Of a stretch of 64,000 nt of DNA, positions 13,606 to 26,001 are shown in pieces. The stretch spans positions 1,426,001 to 1,490,000 of the forward strand of contig CM102284.1 in NCBI GenBank assembly GCA_046563655.1, written 5' to 3'. The stretch is from Yuukianura sp. NJ FZ-2021. Taxonomy: Eukaryota. The notes below the pieces were generated by a model. It was given only the letters and a program-made list of their open reading frames with translations, made no database searches and was not told the DNA's origin. The translations under genes were made by a program, and so were the position numbers. How positions within the stretch are numbered: the first letter of the stretch is position 1; each line of letters begins with the position of its first letter.

Positions 13606-14231
13606 ATGGGAAATCTCACTTCACAAGTATTCGGCAGAGGGGACGGAGATACGAGCGCAATGGATCGACGACCTGGATGTGACGAAGGTGGTGCCGGAGC
13701 TGCATCGGCAGTTGATGACATTGACCTCAAGAAGAATGTTGAGGAACTCGTAGGTCAAGAACGGATCGTCATCTTCTCAAAGGAGTCATGTCCATACTGC
13801 TACGATGCCAAGAATGTAAGCAGTGCCCCCAACTTAATCTGAACTCGCAGGATTTTCATTCTCTTTAATCCAATTTACTGTTAATTGCACAGATCTTTGA
13901 TAAGATGGGCCAAAAGTATGCTGTTGTGGAACTAAATCAGCATCCACAAGGAAACAACGTCCAGGATATTCTCAACGACATGACTGGGGCCAGAACCGTG
14001 AGTGACATGACCATATATGACTGGTCAGGTCAATGGCAGTTTGTGACACATTCCTTTAACTTCGTAAACTTTAACGTTTTTTTTTCATTCCAGGTTCCAA
14101 GAGTCTTTATCGATGGAAAATGCATCGGCGGTGGTACTGACACTGCCCAACTTTTCAAAAGTGGACGCCTGGAGGAGATGCTAAGTCAAGAATCCTTGGT
14201 ATCCGAATCCAAAAGTAGCCACACCAACTGA
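13606..14231 (+). CDS. Dithiol glutaredoxin
   Basis: Exons ~13606-13815, 13893-13997, 14094-14231; CPYC active site, TVPRVF and IGG motifs; N-terminal MGNLTS. Confidence 0.92.
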
Positions 14232-14655
14232 AGTCCTAGTGCTTAGCAATCTACCATTACGTCACCACTAAAACAACACAGTTTTCTAAGCAGCAAGAGC
14301 AACAATCGACCTCGCATTTCCAAAACAAACGAGAGAGCTAAACTCTAAATGAACGTTTAGTCATTCAAAATTCCAGAATAACGACGACAGCGTCTCAACA
14401 CTTTTAAGTCATCATCACGAATAAAAATCGTTTATAAAAAACCAAGTTCTGAACAAAAGGTTTATTTGATTTGGTTTAAATTGTAAAGCAAAACAAAGCA
14501 ACAGGTTAAGTTTATTAAACTTACAAACTTGTTAAGAGTTAACAGATTCTTAGTGGAAATAGAAAATTTCTAGTGATCGAATCCATCCAGTGACAAATAG
14601 GAAGCTGAATTTAAGCTAAGGCATGTTTAGAAAATTAGTTATGTTTAGTTAGTAA

Positions 14656-17600
14656 TTACATGCCTTCTTGTGGTGTACGGATATCATCAATCTTGAGAAT
14701 CATCTTGACGAGTTGTGTAGCCAAAATAATTTGTTGCTTCTTGCTATGAAGTGGCTCCAGAACATGTTGGACACTCATGTCACTTGTGCCCATGTTCTGA
14801 CAGTCAATACCCAAATTTGGATTGCCCTCCTTGACCTGACGTGCTTTCACTTCCGTAAGTGTATGCATCGGGGCCAAACCCGAGTTTTCAGCCAGTGCCA
14901 ACGGAATAGTCTCCAAAGCATCGGCGAATCCACGGTAAGCATATTGTTCCAGCGAAGAGATCTGAGGATACCAAGTCATCAATTAACAATTATTAATTTG
15001 TGATGAATTTTGAGTAACTTCCAATTTTACCTTGTCTGCCTCACGGTTGATTTCCAGGGAACATGCAATTTCAGTAGCTCCGCCTCCATAGACCACACGA
15101 GCCTCTCGAATGAAGTTCCGTACAACACAAATAGCATCGTGAAGAGATCGTTTCACTTCTTCCACGATCATTTTGTTTCCACCGCGGACAAAAATTGTAA
15201 CGGCTTTGGAATTGGGACAATCCTCGATGACAAGCATAGCTTCCTTGGCTGTTCCGAAAGTCAATTCACGGACGGTTCCTGCATGACCCAACTTTTCTGG
15301 AGTCAGTTCCTCAAACCGAGGCACGATTCTTCCACCGGTTGCAATTGCAATCAACTATAAGTAAAAAAAAAATTACACATTTAAGTAAATCAAGTAAGTA
15401 AATGGATGATTAATCAATGATAAGTCGGGGATTAACTGTGTCGTTACTCTCAGTGCAACCCAATCAGTTTGAAAGAGGAATGGGCCAATGGTTCCGAACG
15501 ACATTACTTAATTTTGCATCATGTGTATCGCAACTTCGCTTTTTCATGTAACGAAGACGTAAGACGAATGATGCATCTCGTGAACTTTGACCGGACAAAG
15601 GTAAATGAACTTAGCATGGGCACTTCCTTACCTCAATATCTGGACCTCCAACCCATCGCACAGCCGGGAGTTCATGATGGAGGAGCAAGTGATTCGCCTC
15701 GTCATCGAATCCCCATTGACAAATTGCGAGTGTCGCACCAGAGTCTTTGACTCGCTTGACAATTTCAACGAATTTGTCTTGTTCGTATTTGTGCAATTCT
15801 TTATAGTCGGCAACTGATTTGACGTCCAACTTATGCTTGGTCTTGGGTTTCGGTGGTTCAAATGGACAGGTGAGAATGGCCAACTTGACATCCTTCAAGT
15901 GCTGTAAAAAGTAAGATTACACAAATTAGCATAATAATAGTAATTACACAAGCCGAAGCTCTAGTTCGTTACAACGTTATTTTTGTTAGCATGATTTCGA
16001 TAATTGGAGGTTTTTGTTTCCATCTACGAACAAAATTGAGCCAAATGATTTGGATCAGCTGATTGGTGTCGCGGAAGGCAACTCGATTTTGCATAGTGTC
16101 TGATTTGCTCCGATATAAAAGAAAGGAGCAAGAATTCTTCTATGCCATATGTAATTTTACAAACTCCACTAACTAATTAACGAAGCTGTTAATTTCGGTT
16201 TGAATAACTCACCTTCGGCATTTGTGAATGAGAAAAGTCCTTGTCGATAATCACTCCTTTGACAAGCATTGTATCTTCAATTCTTCCTCCAACTTTACCC
16301 TGGACTCGAATCAATTCGAAGTTAACATCTCGAGCTTCCAAATCAGCAACTGACAGGACAGCTTCCACAGCAATCTCGGCCATGTGTCGATTGCACTTAC
16401 TCACGCTGAAATTCAAGCCAAGATAATGTTAAATATCGCTAATTGGGCAGTTAGTAAATGATGGATGGTGGTTTGATGTTTCGAAGAGGTCAAGTAGATC
16501 GATGATCGAATGTGTCGTTACTCTCAGTGCAACCCAATCAGTTTGAAAGGATTGGGCCAATGGTTCCGAACGACAAAGGTTAATTTAGCATCTATCGTAC
16601 CTATATGTTCTCATTGGACGGAAACGTAAGACTAAAAGGATGCATAAAGAAAAACTGAATTGATTAAAATGGACAACTGCTTACATTTTAGATCCAAGTG
16701 TAGTTTCTGCAGCTCTGATCAGCATTTCCTTCTCCTCAATTGGAAAGCTTACGGCCAAGCTCTCCAGGTAAGTAATACATTTATGAGCTGCCATTTCAAA
16801 GCCGTCGGCAATTCTAATAGGATGAATACCTGCGTAATACAGGAAAAAGACGTTAAGCTAAGCGTAACAACTACTTGGAATTCCGTCCGACATTGCTTTC
16901 TTGCCTTTGTCTAATAAAGTTTCAGCCTGCTCAAGTAGTGCTCCGGCCAAGACAACCACACCGGTAGTTCCGTCACCGATTTCATCATCCTGAGACTGAG
17001 AAAGCTCCACCATCAACTTGGCAATCTGATGATCCACATCCATCATTTTTAGAATCGTCGCTCCATCGTTGGTAACAGTGACGTCTCCATCACTTGAGAT
17101 CATCATTTTGTCCAAACCTTTCGGTCCGAGCGAAGTTCGTAGCGTAGAAGCCACTGCTTTACCAGCCATGATATGAGACTACAAAGACAACACAAATATT
17201 ACATGGAAAAATTGTGCTATTGGGGCGAAGTATGGATTTTGACGTGATATTTTTTTACACAAATTCAAGGGTGCTGAATCCGAATCTGAAAGAATTTCTT
17301 TCCGGAAATGAAGGGAAGTATTTTTTTTCGAATTTTGAAAATTGAAAGTTCCCCATAAGGACACATGTTAACTTTTTAAGAAAAAAAATCCCATTTTTTG
17401 GAAACTAACCAAACCTAACCTAAACGTTATAGAATCATTGTATAACGCTTTAACAAACCTAACCTAACCTAACCTAGCAAAATAGACTCAACACCCTATT
17501 TTCAGAAAAAATTAACACGTATCCTTATGGAAAACTTTCAATTTTCAAAATTCGAAAAAAAAGACTTCCCTTCATTTCCGGAAAAAATTCTTTCAGATTC

Positions 17601-17857
17601 GGATTCAGCACCCTTGAATTAGTGTAAAAAAAAATATTGCGTCAAACTCCAAACTTCGCCCCAATACCACATTTTTACCTATTACATTACCAACTGAACT
17701 GACTGTCATGTCTTATTGTAAGGTACTGTTTCCCATGAGTAGTAGTTACCTTGATAGCCTCATTGCCAGTCAGTCTCTTCTGTTTGTCTTGATCCTTGAT
17801 GATAATGAAGGGTCTTCCATATTCGTCAAAGGCCAAGGAGCCTGGAAACATTGCCAT
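14656..17857 (-). CDS. CCT5: T-complex protein 1 subunit epsilon
   Basis: [20 protein letters not shown] start; [42 protein letters not shown] and ILKIDD motifs across multiple exons. Confidence 0.97.
15434..15576 (-). ncRNA. Intronic box H/ACA snoRNA, copy 1
   Basis: Host-sense strand: hairpin (tgcatcat...atgatgca), H box AAAUUA, hairpin (tgtcgtt...aacgac), ACA plus 3 nt; paralogous to 16508-16645. Confidence 0.85.
16012..16146 (-). ncRNA. Intronic box H/ACA snoRNA, SNORA15-like
   Basis: 5' hairpin gcatag...ttgctcc/ggagcaa...ctatgc with pocket GAAUU / UCAGACA complementary to conserved 18S UGUCUGG-UU-AAUUC; second hairpin then ACA plus 3 nt; H box non-canonical (AAAAUCGA). Confidence 0.7.
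16508..16645 (-). ncRNA. Intronic box H/ACA snoRNA, copy 2
   Basis: Same architecture as copy 1, H box AAAUUA, ACAuuc end; 39-nt block tgtgtcgttactctcagtgcaacccaatcagtttgaaag identical to copy 1. Confidence 0.85.
17205..17679. mobile_element. 475-bp MITE with ~175-bp TIRs in a CCT5 intron
   Basis: 17205-~17380 is an inverted repeat of ~17500-17679; perfect 8-bp TSD tattacat (17197-17204, 17680-17687); GG...CC termini; central (aacct)n. Confidence 0.9.
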
Positions 17858-18090
17858 TTTGAGATTTCCTTCAGTAAATCACCTGTTTAAAAATGAACCA
17901 AAATCAATTCCTTGCCAACTGAAAAGTAACGATGTAATGTGACAAGTACCCAGGAATACAAATTGTGACGCACCTTCCAGAATCCAGATTATCGGTGAAT
18001 GACGATTCCAGAACCAAGAAAACAACGATGAATCCTCAAAATCCAAAGTGTAGAAAAGGTGGGTGTTGATGATGATGAAGAGTCGAAGAT

Positions 18091-18106
18091 GACAAAAAAA
18101 AAGGAA
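18091..18106 (-). promoter_or_regulatory. Putative TCT/5'TOP transcription start of CCT5
   Basis: Minus strand reads ttcctttttttttgtc, upstream of a non-coding exon (donor ~17947, acceptor ~17883); TOP starts are typical of snoRNA host genes. Confidence 0.45.
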
Positions 18107-18969
18107 CACGCCGCATAAGGTTGGACTAAAACCTACAATGAGTGGCATGCCGGCACCCAATTTATTTTCTACGCACACGTGGGCAAATGCGTGAAAGTCT
18201 CTTTATTTACATATTTTATAATTTAATTAAGAATTTAATCCAGATAATTATTTATTTTAATTTAATCCTATTCTATTTATTTATAAATTTCTTAACGTCG
18301 ATGATTTATAGTCATTAAGAGTGACCTGCGAATAAACGGATTATTGACCACTGTGACATAATGCGTGCTGGGACTTCGCCCAAGCACATTCAAAGGTTCA
18401 ATCGTCCTATTAACTTCTTAGCGTTAGCCATTAATAATTTTATTTAGAATAGAATAATTATTATTCTTTAGAATATTTATTCTAATGGTAATACGCTAGA
18501 AAGTTATAATATATTATGGTGATGGTGTACTGAAAACAAATAGTTCGGAAAATTTTAGTTCTTATGACTGAGGAAGTTACATTTTAGAGTTTTCGAAAAC
18601 TACGTTACTACGCTGTTACAATTCCGGAATTACCTCGGACATGTAGTTTCTCACTTACTAGTACACGTAATACTAGATGACAGTTTGTGGTATTTTTATT
18701 TTTCAAAAATTTGAATTTCAAGGACCCTGAACGCCATTAATTACGTGTATGATGTCAAACACGTTATTCATCTTACAAGTGCTCATCATTGACATCAATT
18801 AAACACCAACCATGAAAACATGACATTTCAATGTTCCATTTCTACAGAAACTGTTCAGCGTCATTCAGAAACTAACCACACGGAATAAGGTATCGGATGT
18901 CAAACGTAATAAAAAGGCTAATGCTCAATAACAATCGGGTTCCTTTGCTTCCTGTCCAATTACCAAAAA

Positions 18970-20833
18970 ATGGCTTTCTTAAGGCTTGTGGCTGTGGCTG
19001 TCGCTGGCCTCGTCCTCTTTGCATCATTAGTTTCTGCGTGGGATGAAACAGAAGACGCCAAGTCGTATAAAAATTATAAGCTTCTGCGCACATCAGTTTT
19101 AGAAGACGTGAATGTCGCCAGCACGTTAATGTCAAAACTCGATGCTACTGAAGGTGTCCATTTCTGGACATTTCCAACCGCCAAACAGACTTCGGACATT
19201 CTCGTTTCTCCAGAGAGGTATGCGCATGTGCAAAGCATTCTTGAGTCCAATTCCATCACGCATGAAGTACTCCACGAAGACATTGACAAACTGATCCAAG
19301 CTGAAAAGCCTGATATGCTGGAAAGGACTGTCCCGTTAGAGCGACAGGCTAACGGTCACAACATGGATTGGAAAACGTACCATCCTTATGCTGGTAAGAA
19401 ATGAAGTGGAACCTGGGGTACCTAAAACAACATAAGGCACATAACTTAACATAGTCTAACATTTTATGTAATTGTATGTTTTATATGAAGATATTTATGG
19501 GTACTGCGAGTACCTTGCAAGGTCAAGTCAACCTACTCCGAGTGGCGCAGTAGTTACGATGGAAGTAATTGGCAAAACTACTGAAGGTCGCAACATGGTC
19601 CTTATGCGTGTTGCATCGCAAGACAGAAAGCAGCGGAAGGCCATTTGGCTTGACGCTGGAATTCATGCTAGAGAGTAATGTTCAAAATTTCAAAATTAAT
19701 TGCACTATTTCGAATTCCAGAAAATTTCGAAATTGATATCAACTTTTTCAAAAATATTACAGATGGATTTCACCTGCAGCGGTAACGTACATCCTGAATG
19801 TATTGGTTACGGACAAGGAAAAGAGCAAAGATCTGCTAGATGCATTTGACTGGTAATAAGATAAAAATAGTCATACATAATAAAGAAAATAAGATGCATT
19901 AATATAATATAAAAGATATATTATAAATTATAATATAAAATATGCCCCTAGGCTAATCTTACCAGTGATTAACATTGACGGCTACGAGCACACGCACAAG
20001 GTAGACCGAATGTGGAGAAAGACTCGTAGGCCAAATGGGGCCAGATCCAGTAACAGACGATGCATCGGCACCGATCCCAACCGGAACTTTGCCTACAAAT
20101 GGGGCGGAGAAGGTACGAATTTAGTGAAATACATAAAAGATTAATGTAATATTGCTTACATAAGATATGTTTTCATGCATACACATAATTTAATGTACTT
20201 TGTTCATGTCCAGGGTCATCCAAAGATCCTTGTAGTGAAGTTTACTGTGGTCCGAACGCATTTTCCGAGCCAGAAACCAGAGCCGTCCGAGACGCCATTA
20301 TGAAACGGAAGTCCGACATCGCAATGTACCTCGCATTTCACGCCTACTCTCAGCTCATCCTCGTTCCATGGTCAGGTGACCGCAAAAAGCCGGCCGACTA
20401 CAATCAATTGGCTAACCTTGCCACGAGAGGGCAACAAGCCATTCGTAATTCGCAGTATGGGACTCAATACAGGGTCGGAACTGCTCCTGACCTCATCTAT
20501 GTCGCCACAGGGGGCGCTGACGACTGGGCCAAAGGTTAACATTAAACAATTCTCGACCTGAGTCACCCAATAGCCTAAGCATGACTATAATTTTATAATG
20601 TAATTAACTTAATATTTTTGACACTTCCAGCTGGTGCTGGAATCAAGTACTCCTATACGTTTGAACTTCGAGATACCGGGAGAAGTGGGTTCATTTTGCC
20701 AAAGGAACAAATCATACCCAGCGGAATTGAAACTTTCAATGGAGTGAGAGCAATGGCACTTGCTCTTCGAAATTCCATTAGAAACGTCGATGTAGAAACG
20801 GAAGACGGATTGGACCCAGCATCGGAAGAATAA
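18970..20833 (+). CDS. Zinc metallocarboxypeptidase M14A, carboxypeptidase B-like
   Basis: Signal peptide and pro-domain; [35 protein letters not shown] and FELRD motifs. Confidence 0.93.
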
Positions 20834-21361
20834 AAAAAACTCAATTGAATTCTTTTTGAAATATTTTTGAAAGTGTCTGATTAAACGGAATTCAAATTCT
20901 TTATTTAACTGTTTATTTGGAACAAAAAATATCCCCGGACTTTGAAGAAAAAAAAATTCGGTCGTAACGCGGACGGCCAGACAGACAACGTCAGACTATG
21001 AAATAGCTTTCGCTACTTAATGAAAGCGCGAGCTAGTAAGTTTCGTTTTTTTTATTAAGAATTATCCCCTGTAACACAATTGCACTCTGAAAAAAATGCA
21101 TCGTAATTGTAATTAATTCCAATGATTCGCTCAGTTGTTGGTAAAATGCCATAAATTATGGCTTACCCAACTATCAACATTCACCGATGACATAAATATG
21201 GAAAAGCGTTACATCAGCTCAGTAATCATGTCAAGGTCGCTTGTGAGAAGAACACTTTGAACCATTGAGACTATCCACACACGAAACTGCTGCCAACACA
21301 AAAAAAGCGTTCGCCCCGTAGCAATCTTGCTTTTTTCAGTAAGAATTCAATTGTTACAAAA

Positions 21362-23684
21362 ATGTCAATTTTTAAATCTCTGATCATCTGGCTAATCCTA
21401 CTTTGTTCATCCGTTTACTCAACGGATGTAATCGAAGACACAAAGTCATACAAAAATTATAAGCTTCTGCGCACCTCAGTTTTAGAAGATATGAATGTCG
21501 CCAGTACACTGATGTCTAAACTCGACGCTACTGAAGGTGTCCATTTCTGGACATTTCCAACTGCCAAACAGACTTCGGACATTCTCGTTTCTCCAGAGAG
21601 GTATGCGCATGTCCAAAGCATTCTTGAGACGAATTCTATCACACATGAAGTACTTCATGAAGACATTGACAAACTGATCCAAGCTGAAAAGCCTGATATG
21701 CTGGAAAGAGCTGCGCTATTAGAGCGACAGGCTAATGGCCACAACATGGATTGGAAAGAGTACCATTCCTATGCTGGTAAGAAATCAAGTGATACCTCCA
21801 TGGTACCTAGAACAACTACGTTACTTCAGATACCCCGAGATACCACTTTGATTTACTTTTATAAGGTACCTTGTATCAGATACGTCATATAGGGTATCTC
21901 ATAATCAGGTACGTTATATTATATAAAGTACCCGGTATAAGGTACCCTTTATAAATGATATAGAGCACTTTATGTAACACACTTTATATAACTTTAAGTT
22001 AGCATAACCTCACATTTTGCCTAACGTTATGTATCTTGCATGAAGATATTTATGGGTACTGCGAGTACCTGGCAAACTCAGCCGAACCTAGTCCTAGCGG
22101 GGCAGTTGTGACAATGGACATAATTGGCAATACAACTGAAGGTAGAAGCATCGTCCTCTTCCGGGTTGGATTACCGGACAAACAGCCACGGAAAGCCATT
22201 TGGCTGGACGCTGGAATTCATGCTAGAGAGTAATGCCCGGAATTTTAAAATACCTAAAATTTCGTCAAATTTCGAAAAAGATATAAAATTTCTCAACAAA
22301 AAAATTGCAGATGGATTTCAACTGCAACGGTAACGTACATTCTGAACACGCTGGTTACGGAAAAGGAAAAGAGTAAAGACCTGCTTGAAGCATTTGACTG
22401 GTAAAGTTTGCATAATATTCGTAATACAGATAATATAGTGTATTAATACAATACAAAAGATTACAACGTAAATATTAAATGATGTATAATAAATGATGTT
22501 AAATTTGCCTTAGGCTAATTCTACCAGTGATTAACATTGATGGCTACGAACACACGCACAAGGTAGACCGAATGTGGAGAAAAACGCGCAGGTCGAATGG
22601 GGCCAAATCCAGTAACAGACGATGCATCGGCACCGATCCCAACCGAAACTTTGCCTACAAATGGGGCGGGGAAGGTATGAATTTAATGTAATGCATAAAA
22701 CATTCATGTATAATGTAACGCTTACATCAAATATTTTTGAATTACCATAATTTAACGTTCTATATTCATGTCCAGGGACATCCAAAGATCCTTGTAGTGA
22801 TATTTACTGTGGTCCGAATGCATTTTCCGAACCAGAAACCAGAGCCGTCCGAGACGCCATTATGAAGCGGAAGTCCGACATCGCGATGTACCTCGCATTT
22901 CACTCATACTCGCAGGTCATCATCGTACCGTGGTTAGGCCAGCGGCAAAAGCCCGCCGACTACAACCAATTGTACAACCTTGGTGTGAGAGGACAACTAG
23001 CCATTAGGAATTCAAAGTATCGGACTCAGTACAAAGTTGGACCTGGTAATGGCATCGTCACAGGGGCAGCTAGCGACTGGGCCAAAGGTTAACATTGAAC
23101 TATTCTATAGCCGAGGTTCCTTGACAACGAAAAGTTTACTTCCTTTGTTGACAAAAAAAATGAAAAAAAAAATTAGTACCAACTTAATACATACCAATCC
23201 AAAAAATTGGTACCAATCCGTATGCAAAATTAAAAAAAAATTAGCTGTATTGTTATGATTAAGATGCTCCAAAGTGAAACGAAACTTTTTTTTTTTTTTT
23301 TTTTTGCGAAATCGGAAAAACATGAGGTATTACCCCACCTGTGAAAGAAAATCCAAAGTCAACAAACCTTGTCCAAGGCAGACTGTAGTCACTCTAGCCC
23401 TACGCTTCACTTTGTTTTATATTAATTGATAATATAATTAATTTTGTATTTTTGGTACTTTCCTAGATGGCGCTGGAATCAAGTACTCTTACACGTTTGA
23501 ACTTCGAGACACCGGGAGATCGGGATTCATCCTTCCCAAAAACCAAATCATACCAAGCGGAAATGAAACTTTCAATGGAGTCAGAGCCATGGCCCTTGAA
23601 CTCAGAAACATTCTTAGCAAATATGGTGCGGAAGACGAATGGAATTGTGTAATGCGTGAGGATTTGAAAAATTTAAAATTTTAA
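21362..23684 (+). CDS. Zinc metallocarboxypeptidase M14A, tandem paralog with altered S1' pocket
   Basis: Same exon structure; GIHARE|W, NRNF, HSYSQ and FELRD intact; [10 protein letters not shown] replaces [11 protein letters not shown]; last exon starts 23467 and ends TAA 23682-23684. Confidence 0.9.
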
Positions 23685-24172
23685 GAATTTTTTTTTTTAT
23701 TTTAGTTATCACAAGGGATGTCAAAGAATATCAACCAACCCGCTTAAACACTTACTGGTAAGTTGCTGTTAGGTTCACTTAAAGCCGCTAATGAATTATC
23801 ATGTACCAAAACCTTTAAGTTATTCATAGAAACGAAACATCGAAATGCAATCAGCGAAGAAAGGATATTTTAAAAATTCATGCACGAACACAAATAATTG
23901 AGATTGGTTTCATAAAACTAAAAGGGGTGGGATTACGGATGTTTTATTTTCTCGGTTTTGTTTTGGAAATATTTCGCACAACGCTCAATACGAACAGTGA
24001 TCGGTCGGCTGAAGTTCAGCAGTTTTCATTTTTGAAAATTTTTGCACGAAATCGAAAAACCCAAGTTACTGGACAACTTCTTGTAGAAAAACATTTTTTC
24101 TTTACGAACCTTGGTTTGATCTAAAACTTCGGGAGTACAGCAAAATTTGTTTTGATAAAAAAAAGTATCAAA

Positions 24173-25500
24173 ATGATTTCAAAAGAAACGCTACGGGCCC
24201 AGGTTATAGCCACTAAATTCTGGAGCTTATTCGTGTTAAGTCCATTTCGACCCACTAAAAATTCGGAATATTTTGAAAAACCAAAGCCTTTTGTCACTCT
24301 TGGAACCAGAAAAATTTATCCTTGGCAAGCAGCCATGTGCCTCAGCATGTTCATTCATGGCACGGCTGTCATTTGCTTCACGTGGTTATTGCTTACAACG
24401 GTAATGGCTCCGTCGGAAGTGATTTTCACGATGCTCATGGCTGTACTTGGAATACTCATCACTTCTGTGGAATTGTTGTACGTCACTAGATGCGATTCCT
24501 CCTTGTCCTACATCAATGGCCTTTTGCTTCTCAACAAAAGATTAGGTAAACAAAAAAAATCAAAACACGAAAAATTTCGTGTTTAATGTAAAAATTTACC
24601 TAATGAATTATATTCACCGAATAAGAATTTCAGAAACAATTGAAATTTGTCGGTTAGAAAATATTTTTGAGAAAACCCGGATCGAGCGGGATGGACTGGA
24701 AGCTGTTGCGTGGCTTGTTGTCATGGCACCGCCGTTGTCATCTCTGTCACTTGGCTCTGGATATTACATGCTGCTCCAAGGAAACTGGAAAATCATGACA
24801 CTACCAAAATACTTCCGACAGTTCATTTGGCAATTTGATGTCTTATCAAGCATTGCATTTGGGATCGGATGTTCCACAAGTTGCTTCTATTTGCTGCTTT
24901 TCGGTCTCGAAGGGCTCATCAACATCAACTCTATGGGCAAGTGGATGTCCTACCAAAACCAATGGTAAGGTGGTTTGAATTTTTTTTTTTTTGCTTCTTG
25001 AATTTTGAAAAAAAATGAATTGTAGGAATGCAGATGGGAAGATGAAGATACGCAGTGACAGAGTTTGGTCAGTCCAAATTGCATACCGCGCTCAACAAAT
25101 TTTTCACTCCGTCTCGAACGATATTATGTTCCACATCCTGCCGGTCCTTGTGAGCTGCGCAGCAGCAATCATGATTGGTTCCTGCTTCTGCGCAGTTCGA
25201 TTCGGCGCAGAAATGTCGTCACCGGCTTTAGTGAGTGTAATTTTGATGGGTGCTGCTGCATATCTCTTCTGCTGGAAGAATATGCCACTGGCTGCGAAAC
25301 ACACCGAATCCTCGGAAGACTTTCCCAGGATTTACCGGCAGTTTGGAAATCCCGGGAAATCGACGCTCAAATTTCTGCAGTCATGTCGACCGTTGCGCTG
25401 GGAAGTTGGCGGCGCATACGCAATCAAACGAAGTACGTTCATTACACTGTTGAGTGACACTGTAATTGCCAACATTATCAACTTACTACTCACATTCTGA
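24173..25500 (+). CDS. Chemoreceptor-like multi-TM protein, paralog C (~384 aa)
   Basis: Exons 24173-24545, 24658-24964, 25026-25500 in frame; clearly paralogous to the genes at 4204 and 7106. Confidence 0.7.
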
Positions 25501-26001
25501 ATGTCAAAGATGGAGATGCAATTCCAAGAATAGTTCAAAGAATAGAAGAATAGAATAGACTCAGTGTTGTATAATTTAATTGTCGCGTAGTTTTTTTTCG
25601 TTTCAGTGAAAGAAACTGAAATAAATGAAAAAAACTAAAAAAATGAAAGAAAATGAAAAAAGTGAAATTAACTGAAAATTTCAGTTAATGCTTTTTCTCA
25701 TTTCACTGAAACAAATTAAAAGAAAGTGAAAGCAATTGAAATATTTCGTTGAAATATCTCAGCTTATCAGTGAAATAAATTAAAGAAGCTGAAAAGGTTT
25801 TTTCGTTTAATGTATTTCTCAGTTTTTTTCATTTTTCACTGAAAAGTGAAATATTTCAGTTCTTAGACTATCGTCATTTGATAGAAGAATCAAAATTGGT
25901 GTATTACAATTATTAATGTAACCATAATTTACTGTTGTGTAAACATTAAAAAAGTGAAAAATCAAAAGAAAAAAAAGTGTGACACAATGAAAACGTTAGA
26001 C

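Noticed and set aside
17405-17476. Interstitial telomere
   Set aside because: Only a few imperfect units, and they lie inside a MITE.
20940-21040. cggacggccagacagac plus short hairpin
   Set aside because: Likely a fragment of a DINE/Helentron-like repeat; too short to support a call.
25562-25860. actgaaa/tttcagt-rich tract starting cagtgttg
   Set aside because: Probably a decayed MITE, but no matching right TIR or TSD could be defined.
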